Positions 19,387 through 29,425 of a stretch of 64,000 nt of DNA are shown in pieces. Position 1 is the stretch's first letter, and each line of letters opens with the position of its first letter. The notes beneath the pieces were generated by a model that saw only the letters and a list, made by a program, of their open reading frames with translations, searched no databases and had not been told where the DNA came from. The stretch is from Chloroflexota bacterium (lineage in GTDB: Bacteria > Chloroflexota > UBA11872 > UBA12225): assembly GCA_030447525.1 (NCBI GenBank), contig JAUJOR010000010.1, forward strand, positions 141,113 through 205,112, read 5' to 3'. A program made the translations under genes and the position numbers.

Positions 19387-20640
19387 ATGGCCCCACGGAA
19401 CGGTGAACACCGGGGTAGCCGGCATGGGGCCTTCATGTTCGCTACGGGAATCGAGTGCAGCTACCCCGTCATTGCGAAGGATGGAAGGTCGCACCGGCAG
19501 GATTCGCTGGAGAAGGGCGGCCACTACCGGTATTGGCGCGAGGACCTGCGCCTCGTCCGCGAGGAGCTGGGGCTCACCTACCTGCGCTACGGCACGCCGC
19601 TGCACCGCGTGTTCATTGGTCCCGGCCGCTACGACTGGGCCTTCACAGACGACGTACTTGCAGAGATGGAGCGGCTGGGCATCGTGCCCATCGTGGACCT
19701 GTGCCACTTCGGGCTGCCGGACTGGCTGGGCAACAGCTTCCAGAACCCGGACGTGCCCCGCCACCTGGCGGAGTACGCCCGCGCGTTTGCCCGGCGGTTT
19801 CCCCGGGTGCACCTCTACACACCGGTGAACGAGATCTACGTCTGCGCCAAGTTCTCCGGCCTGACCGGCTGGTGGAACGAGCGCCTGGCGAGCGAGCGCG
19901 GCTTCGTCACCGCGCTCAAGCACCTGTGCCTCGCCTCCCTGGACATGATGGAGCAGATCCTGGCGGTGCGGCCGGACGCCGTCTTCGTCCAGAGCGAATC
20001 CAGCGAGCAGTTCCACCGCTCCTGCCCCTCACCGGAAGCCGGCGAGCTCACCGCCTTCGAGAACGAGCGGCGCTTCCTGGCGCTGGACGCGCTCTATGCG
20101 CGGCCGCTCAGCGCCCGCATGGAGCGCCACGTCCTGGAACACGGCGTCACGCGCGCCGACCTGGACCGCTTCATGAACAACACGCTGGGCGAGCGCTGCA
20201 TCATGGGCAACGACTACTACGCGACCAACGAGCACATGGTCATGAGCGACCTGTCCATCCGCGCGGCCGGGGAGGTCTTCGGCTGGTACCTGGTGACACG
20301 CCAGTACTACGCGCGCTACCGCCGGCCGGTGATGCACACCGAGACCAACACCCTCAACTGCAGCACGGACCCATCGGACTGGCTGTGGAAGCAGTGGCAC
20401 AACGTGCAGCACATGCGCAGCGAGGGCGTGCCGGTCCTGGGCTTCACCTGGTACTCGCTGACGGACCAGGTGGACTGGGACAGCGCCCTGCGCGAGGACA
20501 ACGGCACCGTCAACGAGATCGGGTTATTCGACCTGGACCGCAAGATCCGGCCCGTCGGGCGCGAGTACCGCGAGCTGGTGCGCCTCTTCGGCGCGGTTCC
20601 GCTTGTGCCCAAAGCGCCATTCCTGGGAGCAGGTTTGTGA
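19387..20640 (+). CDS. GH1-like (family 1 glycosylhydrolase-related) protein of the FMFATGIE subgroup
   Basis: The family N-terminus AFMFATGIECSYP is present with a TIM-barrel-like remainder. An alternative start is the ATG at 19435. The stop TGA overlaps the next gene's GTG start (GTGA). Confidence 0.55.
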   Translation: MAPRNGEHRGSRHGAFMFATGIECSYPVIAKDGRSHRQDSLEKGGHYRYWREDLRLVREELGLTYLRYGTPLHRVFIGPGRYDWAFTDDVLAEMERLGIVPIVDLCHFGLPDWLGNSFQNPDVPRHLAEYARAFARRFPRVHLYTPVNEIYVCAKFSGLTGWWNERLASERGFVTALKHLCLASLDMMEQILAVRPDAVFVQSESSEQFHRSCPSPEAGELTAFENERRFLALDALYARPLSARMERHVLEHGVTRADLDRFMNNTLGERCIMGNDYYATNEHMVMSDLSIRAAGEVFGWYLVTRQYYARYRRPVMHTETNTLNCSTDPSDWLWKQWHNVQHMRSEGVPVLGFTWYSLTDQVDWDSALREDNGTVNEIGLFDLDRKIRPVGREYRELVRLFGAVPLVPKAPFLGAGL

Positions 20641-22055
20641 CCGTAAGCGCAGTGCAGGGGTCGCGCGTGGCAATCGCCCATACCGTGGAGAAGCACCGCT
20701 CGCCCGAGCGCGTCGAGAGGCTGGTGAAGGAGGCGCTGCAGCACCTCGGCGGCATTTCTGCCTTCGTCGCACCCGGAGACACCGTGTTCATCAAGCCTAA
20801 CCAGACGGTCTTCTACTCCGCTGAGGAGGGCTGCACCACCGATCCGCTGGTGGTGGGGGCGCTCATCCGGCTCTGCAAGCGCGCCGGCGCGGGCCGGGTG
20901 CAGGTGGGCGAGTCCAGCGGCGACTTCTTCGATTCCATCAAGAACATGCACATCACCGGCATGGCGCAGGTGGCGGAGAAGCACGGCGCGGAGCTCCTGG
21001 ACCTGGGGAGCGACGACGTGCCCAACCGCACCGTCCCCATCCCGCGCGGCGCCGTCATCAAGGCCGTGCCCCTTCCCACGCCTCTGCTGGACGCGGACGT
21101 GATCATTGACGTCCCCAAGGCCAAGAACCACCACATCGAGCCCATCTCCGGCGCGCTCAAGAACTGGGTGGGGGCCGTCAACCGCAGGTGGCGCGCCCAC
21201 AACCACGGCGACGAGGACATGACCGAGCGGTTCATGGACATCATGACCGTCTCCCGGCCGCACCTGTGCGTGGTGGACGCCCTGATCTGCGGCGAGGGGG
21301 ACGGCCCCATCGCCAACCAGCCCCACTGGTGCGGCGCCATCCTCGCCTCGGACGATCCCGTGGCGACGGACGTGGCCATCGCCCGCCTGATGGGGCATGA
21401 CTGGACGAAGCTGCGCTTCGCTGAGGAGGCCGAGAAGCGCGGGCTGGGCACCCGCACCCACATCGAGTACCTCGGCGTGCCACTGGACTCCATCGCCTTC
21501 GAAGCGTGGGCGGGGCACCACGGTTACGGCTACCTGCCGGTGAATTTCTTGGTCGGCGACGGGGTCACGCTGGAGGGTACCGTCGGCCACGTCAAGAGCG
21601 CGCTGGACAGCCTGCTGCGGCGCGGCGAACTGGCCGAGGTGATCTGGCTCAAGGGGACGCCGACCCTGATGATCGGGCGGATCGAGGACCCGCACTTCGA
21701 GGAGCACCTCAAGGAGGGGCCGTACGTCGTCTTCGACGACGCCGCGCTGCCTAGGTACAAGGAAGACCCGCGCGTCACGTTCATCCCCGGCCACCCCGTG
21801 CTGCGCGAGGGCATGCCGGGGCTGATGAAAGGACTGGGGGTGAAGGTGCCCGGCCAGACGGTGATGCAGTGGCAGCAACTCCAGCGCTGGGGCATGCACC
21901 TGCTGGAGTACGGCTCGGGGAAGCAGATCGCGCGGGCGGCCGGAAAGACGGCCGTGGGTGTGGGGCTGGGGGCGGCCGGGCTGGCGGCGGCGGTGATTGG
22001 CGCCAGAAGGCTGTCTGGATTGGCCGGAACCGCCGGAGGCGTCAATCGTGGATGA
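20637..22055 (+). CDS. DUF362 domain protein
   Basis: The GTG start overlaps the upstream stop. VFIKPNQTVF...DPLVVGALIRLCKRAGAGRVQVGESS matches the DUF362 core. The C-terminus is hydrophobic and Gly/Ala-rich. The gene lies inside a spurious 866-aa ORF-track frame. Confidence 0.55.
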   Translation: MTVSAVQGSRVAIAHTVEKHRSPERVERLVKEALQHLGGISAFVAPGDTVFIKPNQTVFYSAEEGCTTDPLVVGALIRLCKRAGAGRVQVGESSGDFFDSIKNMHITGMAQVAEKHGAELLDLGSDDVPNRTVPIPRGAVIKAVPLPTPLLDADVIIDVPKAKNHHIEPISGALKNWVGAVNRRWRAHNHGDEDMTERFMDIMTVSRPHLCVVDALICGEGDGPIANQPHWCGAILASDDPVATDVAIARLMGHDWTKLRFAEEAEKRGLGTRTHIEYLGVPLDSIAFEAWAGHHGYGYLPVNFLVGDGVTLEGTVGHVKSALDSLLRRGELAEVIWLKGTPTLMIGRIEDPHFEEHLKEGPYVVFDDAALPRYKEDPRVTFIPGHPVLREGMPGLMKGLGVKVPGQTVMQWQQLQRWGMHLLEYGSGKQIARAAGKTAVGVGLGAAGLAAAVIGARRLSGLAGTAGGVNRG

Positions 22056-22608
22056 GACAGGCGACGGCTCGGCGGTGGAGCAGGTGCGGCGCTTCCTCTT
22101 CTCGGGCTACGCGCACGAGCACCGGCCGCTGGGCGCCTACGCTACTCTAGTGGCGCTCTTCAACGCCCTCTTCGCTGGGTTTCTGCTCACCACCAAAGCG
22201 GCTGACCGGCGCATCCCGGAGCGCGTGTCCGCAGGAGATATCGTGCTGCTGGGGGTCGCCACCCACAAAGCGAGTCGCCTGCTGTCGCGGGACTGGGTGA
22301 CCAGCTTTCTGCGCGCGCCGTTCACGCGCTTCGAGGGCAAGGGCGAGCTTCCCGCGGAGGTGAGCGAGGAGCCGCGCGGCCGGGGCTTCCGGTACGCCAT
22401 GGGCGAGCTGCTGACCTGCCCTTATTGCGTGGGGCAGTGGCTGGCGGCGTTCTTTGCGTACGGGCTGGTATTCAAGCCGCCGGCAACGCGGCTGGTGGGC
22501 AGCGTGTTCGCCATACTCACCATTGCCGACTTCTTGCACCTGGCGTACGTCATCGCGGAAGAGCAGACCGAGCCGGACACGTCCACGCCTTCGGAAGCCA
22601 TACCATGA
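22051..22608 (+). CDS. DUF1360 family membrane protein
   Basis: The GTG start overlaps the upstream stop. LLTCPYCVGQWLAAFFAYGL is the DUF1360 signature, with two or three TM segments. Confidence 0.55.
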   Translation, partial: DETGDGSAVEQVRRFLFSGYAHEHRPLGAYATLVALFNALFAGFLLTTKAADRRIPERVSAGDIVLLGVATHKASRLLSRDWVTSFLRAPFTRFEGKGELPAEVSEEPRGRGFRYAMGELLTCPYCVGQWLAAFFAYGLVFKPPATRLVGSVFAILTIADFLHLAYVIAEEQTEPDTSTPSEAIP

Positions 22609-23864
22609 GGGACGATTGCTTCGGGGGAAGCACCGCCACACAGCGTCCATGCGCCCACAGCACAGGAGTATCGCGCCCATGGCACCCGCCGCCTCCCCCA
22701 ACTCCCCCCAATTCACTCGCTTCTCCTGCGTCGCGCACCTTCCCCCGGCGCACCGCCCTTGGCTCCCTGGGCGCCCTCGCCGCGCTGGGTAGCGCCGCGT
22801 GCGGCCAGGCTTCGCAGGCGCCAGCCGGCACGCGGCGCCCATTCGAGGGTCGATCGCTGACCATCTTCGTCTACACCGGCATCTGGGAGAAGTGGTACCG
22901 CGAGCTCTTCGTGCCCGCGTTCGAGGCGGAAACCGGTGCCAAAGTCATCGTTGATGCCGGCTGGTGGGACGCGCTGCCCAAGCTCAAGATCGCTCCGCCG
23001 GACCAGCCACCGTTCGATCTGATGCTGACCGACCCAACGCAGGGGTTCCCCGCCATCCGAGATGGGCTGGCCGCCAAGCTCAACCTGAGCAACATTCCCA
23101 ACGTGAAGCGCTTCGCACCCAAGGTGCTCGACGCGTCAGTCTTCAAGGATGGCTGGGGCGTGCCGCACATCTCCTCCCCCATGACGCTGGCCTGGGATAA
23201 GGAAGCGCTTCCCGCTGGACTCAAGGGCTGGGGTGACCTGCTGGAAGCGCCGGCGCGGGGCAATTTCACGGCCTACGGCTCCTACTACATGGGACCCTTC
23301 ACCTTTGCGGCCATCAAGGCAGCGCGGGAAGGCAAGGCGGGCCAGGCCCGCCAGATGGTGGAGAACGACCTGGATGGGGTGCTCAATTACGCCAAGGAGC
23401 ACCGTGACGCGGTGAAGTACTGGTGGTCGGCGACGACCGACGCAGTGCAGGCATTCCTGAACAAGAACGTCGTGGCCGGATCGCTGCACGGGAACGGGCT
23501 GCTTGCCCCGCTGCGCGACAAGAAGCCGATCGACTTCGTCATCCCGGAGCGCGATCGTGCCTACGTGCAGCTCTTCTGGCTGGTGCCCAAGGGATCCAGG
23601 AACAAGGACGTGGCCGAAACGGCGCTGAACCACATTACCGGCAGCACCTTCCAGTGGAACCTGGCCAGCAAGAGCGGCGAGCTGGCGACGCACCACCCGG
23701 AGGCTGCGGAGCAGATCGGGGCGCAGGACAAGCTGTGGGGCCGCGTCTACCCGTCCGCCGCGCCCGACTGGGCCAACCTCAGCTACTACCCCTACGAGTT
23801 CTACGACAAGAACGACAAGAAGATCGCGGACTTTTGGAACCGGGAGGTTCTGCGCAAGGGATGA
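22605..23864 (+). CDS. ABC transporter substrate-binding protein (PotD / iron(III)-type SBP fold)
   Basis: The ATG at 22605 overlaps the upstream stop (ATGA). It has a Tat/lipoprotein-like [20 protein letters not shown] and SBP-like domains. Confidence 0.6.
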   Translation: MRDDCFGGSTATQRPCAHSTGVSRPWHPPPPPTPPNSLASPASRTFPRRTALGSLGALAALGSAACGQASQAPAGTRRPFEGRSLTIFVYTGIWEKWYRELFVPAFEAETGAKVIVDAGWWDALPKLKIAPPDQPPFDLMLTDPTQGFPAIRDGLAAKLNLSNIPNVKRFAPKVLDASVFKDGWGVPHISSPMTLAWDKEALPAGLKGWGDLLEAPARGNFTAYGSYYMGPFTFAAIKAAREGKAGQARQMVENDLDGVLNYAKEHRDAVKYWWSATTDAVQAFLNKNVVAGSLHGNGLLAPLRDKKPIDFVIPERDRAYVQLFWLVPKGSRNKDVAETALNHITGSTFQWNLASKSGELATHHPEAAEQIGAQDKLWGRVYPSAAPDWANLSYYPYEFYDKNDKKIADFWNREVLRKG

Positions 23865-24564
23865 TGCCGCCGGCCGTCGCGCTGGCTGAGGTCTCCAGGC
23901 GCTACGCCCCCGGCGCGCCGCCTGCGCTGGACCACCTCACGCTTGAAGCGCGCGAGGGCGAGTTCCTCTTTCTCCTGGGACCGAGCGGCTCCGGCAAGAC
24001 GACGGCGCTGCGCCTGATCGGCGGGTACGAGCGCCCCGATTGTGGCGAAGTGCGGCTGGGCGGCGTGCTGGCCAACCCCACGCCATCGGCCTGGCGCACG
24101 CCATGTGGACGCTGCCGCTCGCCTTTCTCGCGCTGCGCGCCGCGTTGGCCACGGTGGACCGGCGCCTGGAGGAGGCGGCGCGTGGACTGGGCGCGCATCC
24201 GGCGCGCGCCTTCATGTTGGTCACGCTGCCCCGTCTCTGGCCCGCCATCGAGGCCGCGGCGTTCCTGTGCGCCGTGATGTCGCTGAACGAGCTGCCCACG
24301 GCGCTCTTCCTGTCCACTCCCGCGGGGCGCACACTGCCCACGCTGATCTGGCCGCAGCTGCGCTACAACCTCACGCCGCTCGTCGACGCCGCGTCTGGGC
24401 TGCTCCTGCTCCTCACCGTGGGCGGTCTGGGCCTGTCCGGGCTGCTCGGCTCGCGCCGGTGGCGCCGCGGGTCGGACGAGACACCGGCTGCCCGCGCTGC
24501 CCGTGCGGCGCCAAACGAGACTGACCATGGATCGCTCGCCGTTCTCGTTTCGCGCCCTGCTTGA
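23861..24564 (+). pseudogene. Deletion remnant: ABC ATPase N-terminus (Walker A) joined to the C-terminus of an ABC permease
   Basis: [68 protein letters not shown] is followed, after a frame change near 24070, by the permease tail [56 protein letters not shown]. Confidence 0.6.
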
Positions 24565-26125
24565 GGCGCAGGCGGCACGCGAGGGCGCGCGGCCGTTCTT
24601 CACCTTTGGTGGGCACACTTGGACCGCTGCTGAGATGGATGCCGGCGCCAACCGCCTGGCCAACGTGCTGCGGGATGCGGGAATTGGACGCCGCGACCAT
24701 GTGGCCGTGCTGCTGCCCAATGGCCCGGAGATCGTCTGGTGTTGGTGGGGGCTGGCCAAGCTGGGCGCCGTGTACGTCCCTGTCAACACGCAGCTCGTCG
24801 GCGAGAGCCTGGCGCACGTGTTGACCCATTCTGAGGCCGTGGCGCTGGTCACCACCGACCCGTTGCTTGCCCAGGCCCGCGCGGCGCTGCCCGCCTGGCC
24901 CGCCGCCCTGCGGCACGTCCTCTCCGGCGCCGGCCTGTCCGGGCGCGTGGCTGCCGCCTCGCCCGCGCCACCGCCCGCGGTGGACGAGCGGCCCGAAGAC
25001 CCAGCCCTCATCATCTACACCTCGGGCACCACCGGTGCGCCCAAGGGTGTGCTCTGGAGCCGTCGGGCGCAAACGCACCACGCGCGCCGCTACGCCGCGG
25101 AGCTCAACTGCGCCGAACCGGGCGAATCGGTCTACACGTGCCTGCCCTTCTTCCACGTCACGTCGATCGGCGTCTCCATCTCCAGCTACTTGCGCGGTGC
25201 GCGCGTCGCCGTCGATTCGGCTTTCGACCCGTTCTCTCACTGGCAGCGCATCCGTGAAGAGCGCGCGGTGCTCTTCCCGTACGTTGGCGCCATCTTGAGC
25301 CTGCTGCACAAGCGCCCGCCGCGCCCAGACGACGCCGACAACCCGGTGCGCTGGGCGATGGGTGCCGCCGCCCCAAAGGAGATCTGGGAGCCGGTGGAAC
25401 GTCGCTTCGGCCTGCGCCTGGTGGAGACGTACGGCCAGACCGAGTTTGCCGGCCACTGGCTGATGCGTCCCCTAGCCGACCGCACCGTCGGCGGCAAACC
25501 CGGCACCGTCGGGAAACCGCCGGCGCGGCTGGCGGTGAAGCTAGTGGACGAGCAAGGCCGGGAGATCATCGCCCCGGACGTGCCGGGTGAGCTCGCCGTC
25601 CGCGCCGCCAGCGCGCATCTGCTGATGGAGGGCTACTATAAGCAGCCAGACGCGTCCGCGCGCGCTTTCCGCGACGGCTGGTACTCCACCGGGGACCGCC
25701 TCTCGCGCGACGCGGACGGCTATTTCACCTATCACGGCCGCCTAAAGGACTTCATCCGCCACCGCGGCGAGAACGTGTCCGCGTTCGAGGTCGAGCTGAC
25801 CGTCTCGCAGCACCCGGCGGTACTCGAATGCGCCGCCGTGGGCCTACCGTCGGACCTGGGCGAAGAAGACGTGCTGCTCTGCGTCGTTCCGCGCGACACC
25901 GCCGCACAGGACGCGCAGGATACCCAGAACACGCGTGATCCCGAAGCGCTCTACGCCTGGTGTCGCAGACGCCTGGCGCCGTTCATGCTGCCGCGCTACA
26001 TCCTCTACCTGGAGGCGCTGCCCAAGACCGCCACTCAGCGCGTGCGCAAGTTCCTGCTCGCGGAGCGCGGCGCTGCCGGCGCCTGGGACCGGCAGCATCC
26101 CTGGCCAGGTCAGCGCCGGCGCTGA
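24527..26125 (+). CDS. AMP-dependent synthetase/ligase (acyl-CoA synthetase family)
   Basis: It has IIYTSGTTGAPKGV (AMP-binding motif I), YGQTEF, WYSTGDRLSRDADGYFTYHGRLKD and a C-terminal LPKTATQRVRK motif. The ATG lies at 24527. Confidence 0.8.
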   Translation: MDRSPFSFRALLEAQAAREGARPFFTFGGHTWTAAEMDAGANRLANVLRDAGIGRRDHVAVLLPNGPEIVWCWWGLAKLGAVYVPVNTQLVGESLAHVLTHSEAVALVTTDPLLAQARAALPAWPAALRHVLSGAGLSGRVAAASPAPPPAVDERPEDPALIIYTSGTTGAPKGVLWSRRAQTHHARRYAAELNCAEPGESVYTCLPFFHVTSIGVSISSYLRGARVAVDSAFDPFSHWQRIREERAVLFPYVGAILSLLHKRPPRPDDADNPVRWAMGAAAPKEIWEPVERRFGLRLVETYGQTEFAGHWLMRPLADRTVGGKPGTVGKPPARLAVKLVDEQGREIIAPDVPGELAVRAASAHLLMEGYYKQPDASARAFRDGWYSTGDRLSRDADGYFTYHGRLKDFIRHRGENVSAFEVELTVSQHPAVLECAAVGLPSDLGEEDVLLCVVPRDTAAQDAQDTQNTRDPEALYAWCRRRLAPFMLPRYILYLEALPKTATQRVRKFLLAERGAAGAWDRQHPWPGQRRR

Positions 26126-26201
26126 CCTGGCCAGGGGGGTGAGTTACAGCCATGCACACGTCTACCGGCTATTGACCGGCGTACGTGAGTACGTGAGTAC
26201 G

Positions 26202-27485
26202 ATGCCTCCATCCGCCGCCGGTCCGTTGCGCCGCGCTGTGATCACCGGGATAGGCGCGGTCACGCCACTGGGACTGTCAATGCCGGAGACGTGGCGCCGC
26301 CTGGTGGCCGGCGAGAGTGGCATTGGACCCATTACGCTCTTCGACGCCGCCGCCGTGGGGACGGAGACGCGCATCGCCGGTGAGGTGAAGGGCTTCGACC
26401 CCGGCGCGTTCATGGACGCGAAGGCCGCCCGGCGCATGGACCGTTTTACGCAGTTCGCCGTCGCCGCCGCCGGCATGGCGCTGCACGACGCGCGATTCAC
26501 CATCGACGACTCCAACCGCGACGACGTCGCCGTGCTAGTCGCCACCGGCGCGGGCGGTCTGGCCAGCATCACCGAGACTGAGCACGTACTCATGGAGCGC
26601 GGGCCGAAGCGTGTCAGCCCGTTCTCCGTGCCGATGCTGATGTCCAACGCCGCCGCGGGGCAGATCGGCATCCAGTTCGGCGCGCGCGGCATGGGCGGTG
26701 CCTTCGTCTCCGCCTGCGCCAGCGCCAATGACGCCATCGGGCTGGCTCTGATGGCGATCCAGACCGGGCGCGCCACTGCCGTCATCGCCGGCGCCAGCGA
26801 AGCGTGCGTTACCCCGCTGTGCGTCGCCTGCTTCGACCAGGCCGGCGCCCTCTCCAAGACGCACAATGACGACCCAACGGCGGCATCGCGCCCCTTCGAC
26901 AAAAACCGCGATGGGTTCGTGCTGTCGGAGGCGGCCACCGTGCTGATCGTGGAGGAGCTGGACGCGGCCCGGGCGCGCGGCGCCACCATCTGGGCCGAGC
27001 TGGCGGGGTACGGTGCGAGCATGGATGCCTTTCACCTCACCGCCCCACCACCGGGTGGCGAGGGCGCGGTGCGCGCCATGCGCGCTGCGCTGCGGTCGGC
27101 CGGCATGCGCCCGGACGATGTGGACTACGTCAGCGCCCATGGCACCAGCACGCCGCTGAACGACAAGACCGAGACGCTTGCCATCCGCACCGTCTTCGGC
27201 GCGCACGCCGACCGGCTGCTGGTCAGCAGCCTCAAGAGCATGGTGGGGCACTCCGCCGGCGCGTGCGGGGCGCTGGAAGCCGCCGCCTGTGCGTACACCA
27301 TCCGAAAAGGGATCGTGCCGCCGACCATCAACTACGGCACCTCCGATCCCGACTGCGACCTGGACTACGTACCCAACCAGGCGCGGCGCGCCCCAGTGCG
27401 GACCGCGCTCTCTAATTCCTTTGGTTTCGGCGGCCACAACTCGTGCCTGGTGCTGCGGGCGTGGCGTGACCGGCACCGTTGGTGA
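26202..27485 (+). CDS. fabF: Beta-ketoacyl-ACP synthase II (KAS II)
   Basis: 427 aa with the active-site Cys region GMGGAFVSACASANDAIG and the His-His pair (VSAHGTSTPLND, MVGHSAGACG). A tandem GTACGTGAGTAC x2 sits immediately 5' of the ATG. Confidence 0.8.
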   Translation: MPPSAAGPLRRAVITGIGAVTPLGLSMPETWRRLVAGESGIGPITLFDAAAVGTETRIAGEVKGFDPGAFMDAKAARRMDRFTQFAVAAAGMALHDARFTIDDSNRDDVAVLVATGAGGLASITETEHVLMERGPKRVSPFSVPMLMSNAAAGQIGIQFGARGMGGAFVSACASANDAIGLALMAIQTGRATAVIAGASEACVTPLCVACFDQAGALSKTHNDDPTAASRPFDKNRDGFVLSEAATVLIVEELDAARARGATIWAELAGYGASMDAFHLTAPPPGGEGAVRAMRAALRSAGMRPDDVDYVSAHGTSTPLNDKTETLAIRTVFGAHADRLLVSSLKSMVGHSAGACGALEAAACAYTIRKGIVPPTINYGTSDPDCDLDYVPNQARRAPVRTALSNSFGFGGHNSCLVLRAWRDRHRW

Positions 27486-27571
27486 GGCCGGCGCCGCGCT
27501 AGATGCTTCCACCGAGTTGTTGCGAGCGAATCCGGCTTCCCCGATCTGGGTCGGACCTGCAGGTACCCCAA

Positions 27572-29274
27572 GGGGCCTGTTGCCAAACTCTGGCCGGACC
27601 GGCCGAGGTCTGAGTAGGATGGTGGCTCCCTGTTCGAGGTGGGGCACGATGTTGGGCCGTAAGGAATTCACGCCGAAGCGCTTCTACGAGTTCTCGCTAG
27701 AAGCGCAGGTCCCGAGCGACCACTTGCTGCGCGCATCGGGGCGCGCTCGACCTCAGCTTTGTGCGGGCGGCTGACGGCGCGGTTCTACAGCCACACCGGC
27801 CGGCCGGGGGTCGATCCGGTGGTGCTGTTCAAGCTGATGCTGCTCGGGTACCTCTACGGCATCACGTCGGAGCGGCGGCTGGCCGAGGAGGCGCGCCTGC
27901 ACCTGGCCTTCCGCTGGTTCTTGGGGTACGACCTCGACGAGACGCCGCCGGACCACTCGATGCTGTCCAAGGCGCGGGCGCGCTTCGGCCTGCCCGTGTA
28001 CCAGGCGGCTTTCACCGAGGTGGTGCGCAGTGCGAGCGGGCCGGCCTGGTGCGGGGCGACGTCCTCTACGTGGACAGCACGCTGGTCAAGGCCAATGCCA
28101 GTCTTGGGTCGGCCGGCGCGCGGGCGCTGCTCACTCAGCTGCCGAGCGCGGCCGGGTACGTCGCGACGGTGTGGCAGGAGAATCCCGTCTCCGATCCCAC
28201 GCCGCCAGCGGCCCTCCCGGCGAGGGGGAGCAGCCGGCGCCGGACTCGGCCGGTGGCCTCACGGCGGCGCGCGCGCGCGCCCGTCGCTGCACGTGGCCGG
28301 TCCGGAGGACGTGCCCAACGGGGACCAGGGGCCGGTGAACGCCTTGGTGACCAGTCGCACCGATCCCGACGCGGGGCTGGTCAAGCGCGAGGGGGGTCCC
28401 CTACGCCTTCTATTACAAGGCGCACGTCGGCGTGGACGGCGGGCGGGCGCGTCTCATCACCGCGCTGGACGTGACTCCGGGCGAGGTTGCCGACGAGCAC
28501 CTGCTGGACCGGCTGCTCAAGGAGCATCGAGGCACGACCGGGCGTACGGTGGCCGAAGTGGTGGCGGATACCAAGTACGGGACCTACGCCAACTACGTGG
28601 CGCTGGAGCAGCAGGGCATCCGGGCGAGCATCCCGCCCCACAGCACCATGAGCGACCGGGGTGACTACTCTGCCGACCGCTTCGTGTACGAGTTCGCCGC
28701 CGATCGCTAATCGCTATCGGTGTCCCACCGGGCGTGGCACCCTCACCCGCCAGGGCCTCCTCGCGCACTGCCGGGGCGGCCGGTGGCCTGATCTACCGCG
28801 GGCGGCCGAAGGTCTGCGGGGCGTGCCCGGTCAAGGCGCAGTGCTGCGGCCCGGCGGCCGCCCGCACCCTCGTGCGCCCGGACGATGGGGGACTGCGCGA
28901 CCGAGTCGTCGCCTATCTCCGCACGCCACCCGCCAAGCGCAGCCGGCGCGCCGCGCGTACTGGGTCGAGACGGCCAACGCCGAACTGAATGGACCGTCAC
29001 GGGCTGCGGCGGCGCAGTGTCGGGGGCGAGACAAGGTGCTGATCCAGGCGCTGGGCGCGCCATCGCGTACGACGTCAAGAAGCTGGCCCAACGGCGCGCC
29101 CCCAGCCCGGCCATGGGGGTGCGCGTTGGGCCCCTCCCCCTTCTCAAGCGGGCCTGTCCCCGGTTCGAGCCTCCGGTCCCGGCCCAGCGGGCCGTTCCCG
29201 TCGCGTGCACGGGGCGCGCGTACCCCGCACCGTGCTCCTCCTGACCACCATACCCGACTTTGGCAACAGGCCCC
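27572..29274 (+). mobile_element. IS1182-family insertion sequence, copy B (plus orientation), transposase frameshifted
   Basis: The 1703-bp element has the same terminal repeats and internal sequence as copy A but in inverted orientation. Its indels differ from copy A (for example DLDETPPDHSMLSKARARFG reads through here). Confidence 0.8.
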
Positions 29275-29425
29275 AAGGAAGCACTTAGTGGGTCACGTTG
29301 CATTTAACTGGCGATGACCTGACCTGGTGAGCAAACCATTTATCTGCGGGTGGTGATTATATACTTGACGCAGTAGGAAACCTGTGAGACAATGTACTGG
29401 AACAAGAGTCCTAAGGTTGCCTACG

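Noticed and set aside
19455-22055. 866-aa ORF-track frame
   Set aside because: Its first 1.2 kb is an out-of-frame read-through of the GH1-like gene (Arg/Pro-rich). Only the part from the GTG at 20637 (the DUF362 protein) is credible.
26181-26200. Tandem GTACGTGAGTAC x2 immediately upstream of the fabF start
   Set aside because: It is very short and could be chance or a minor slippage, with no evident function.
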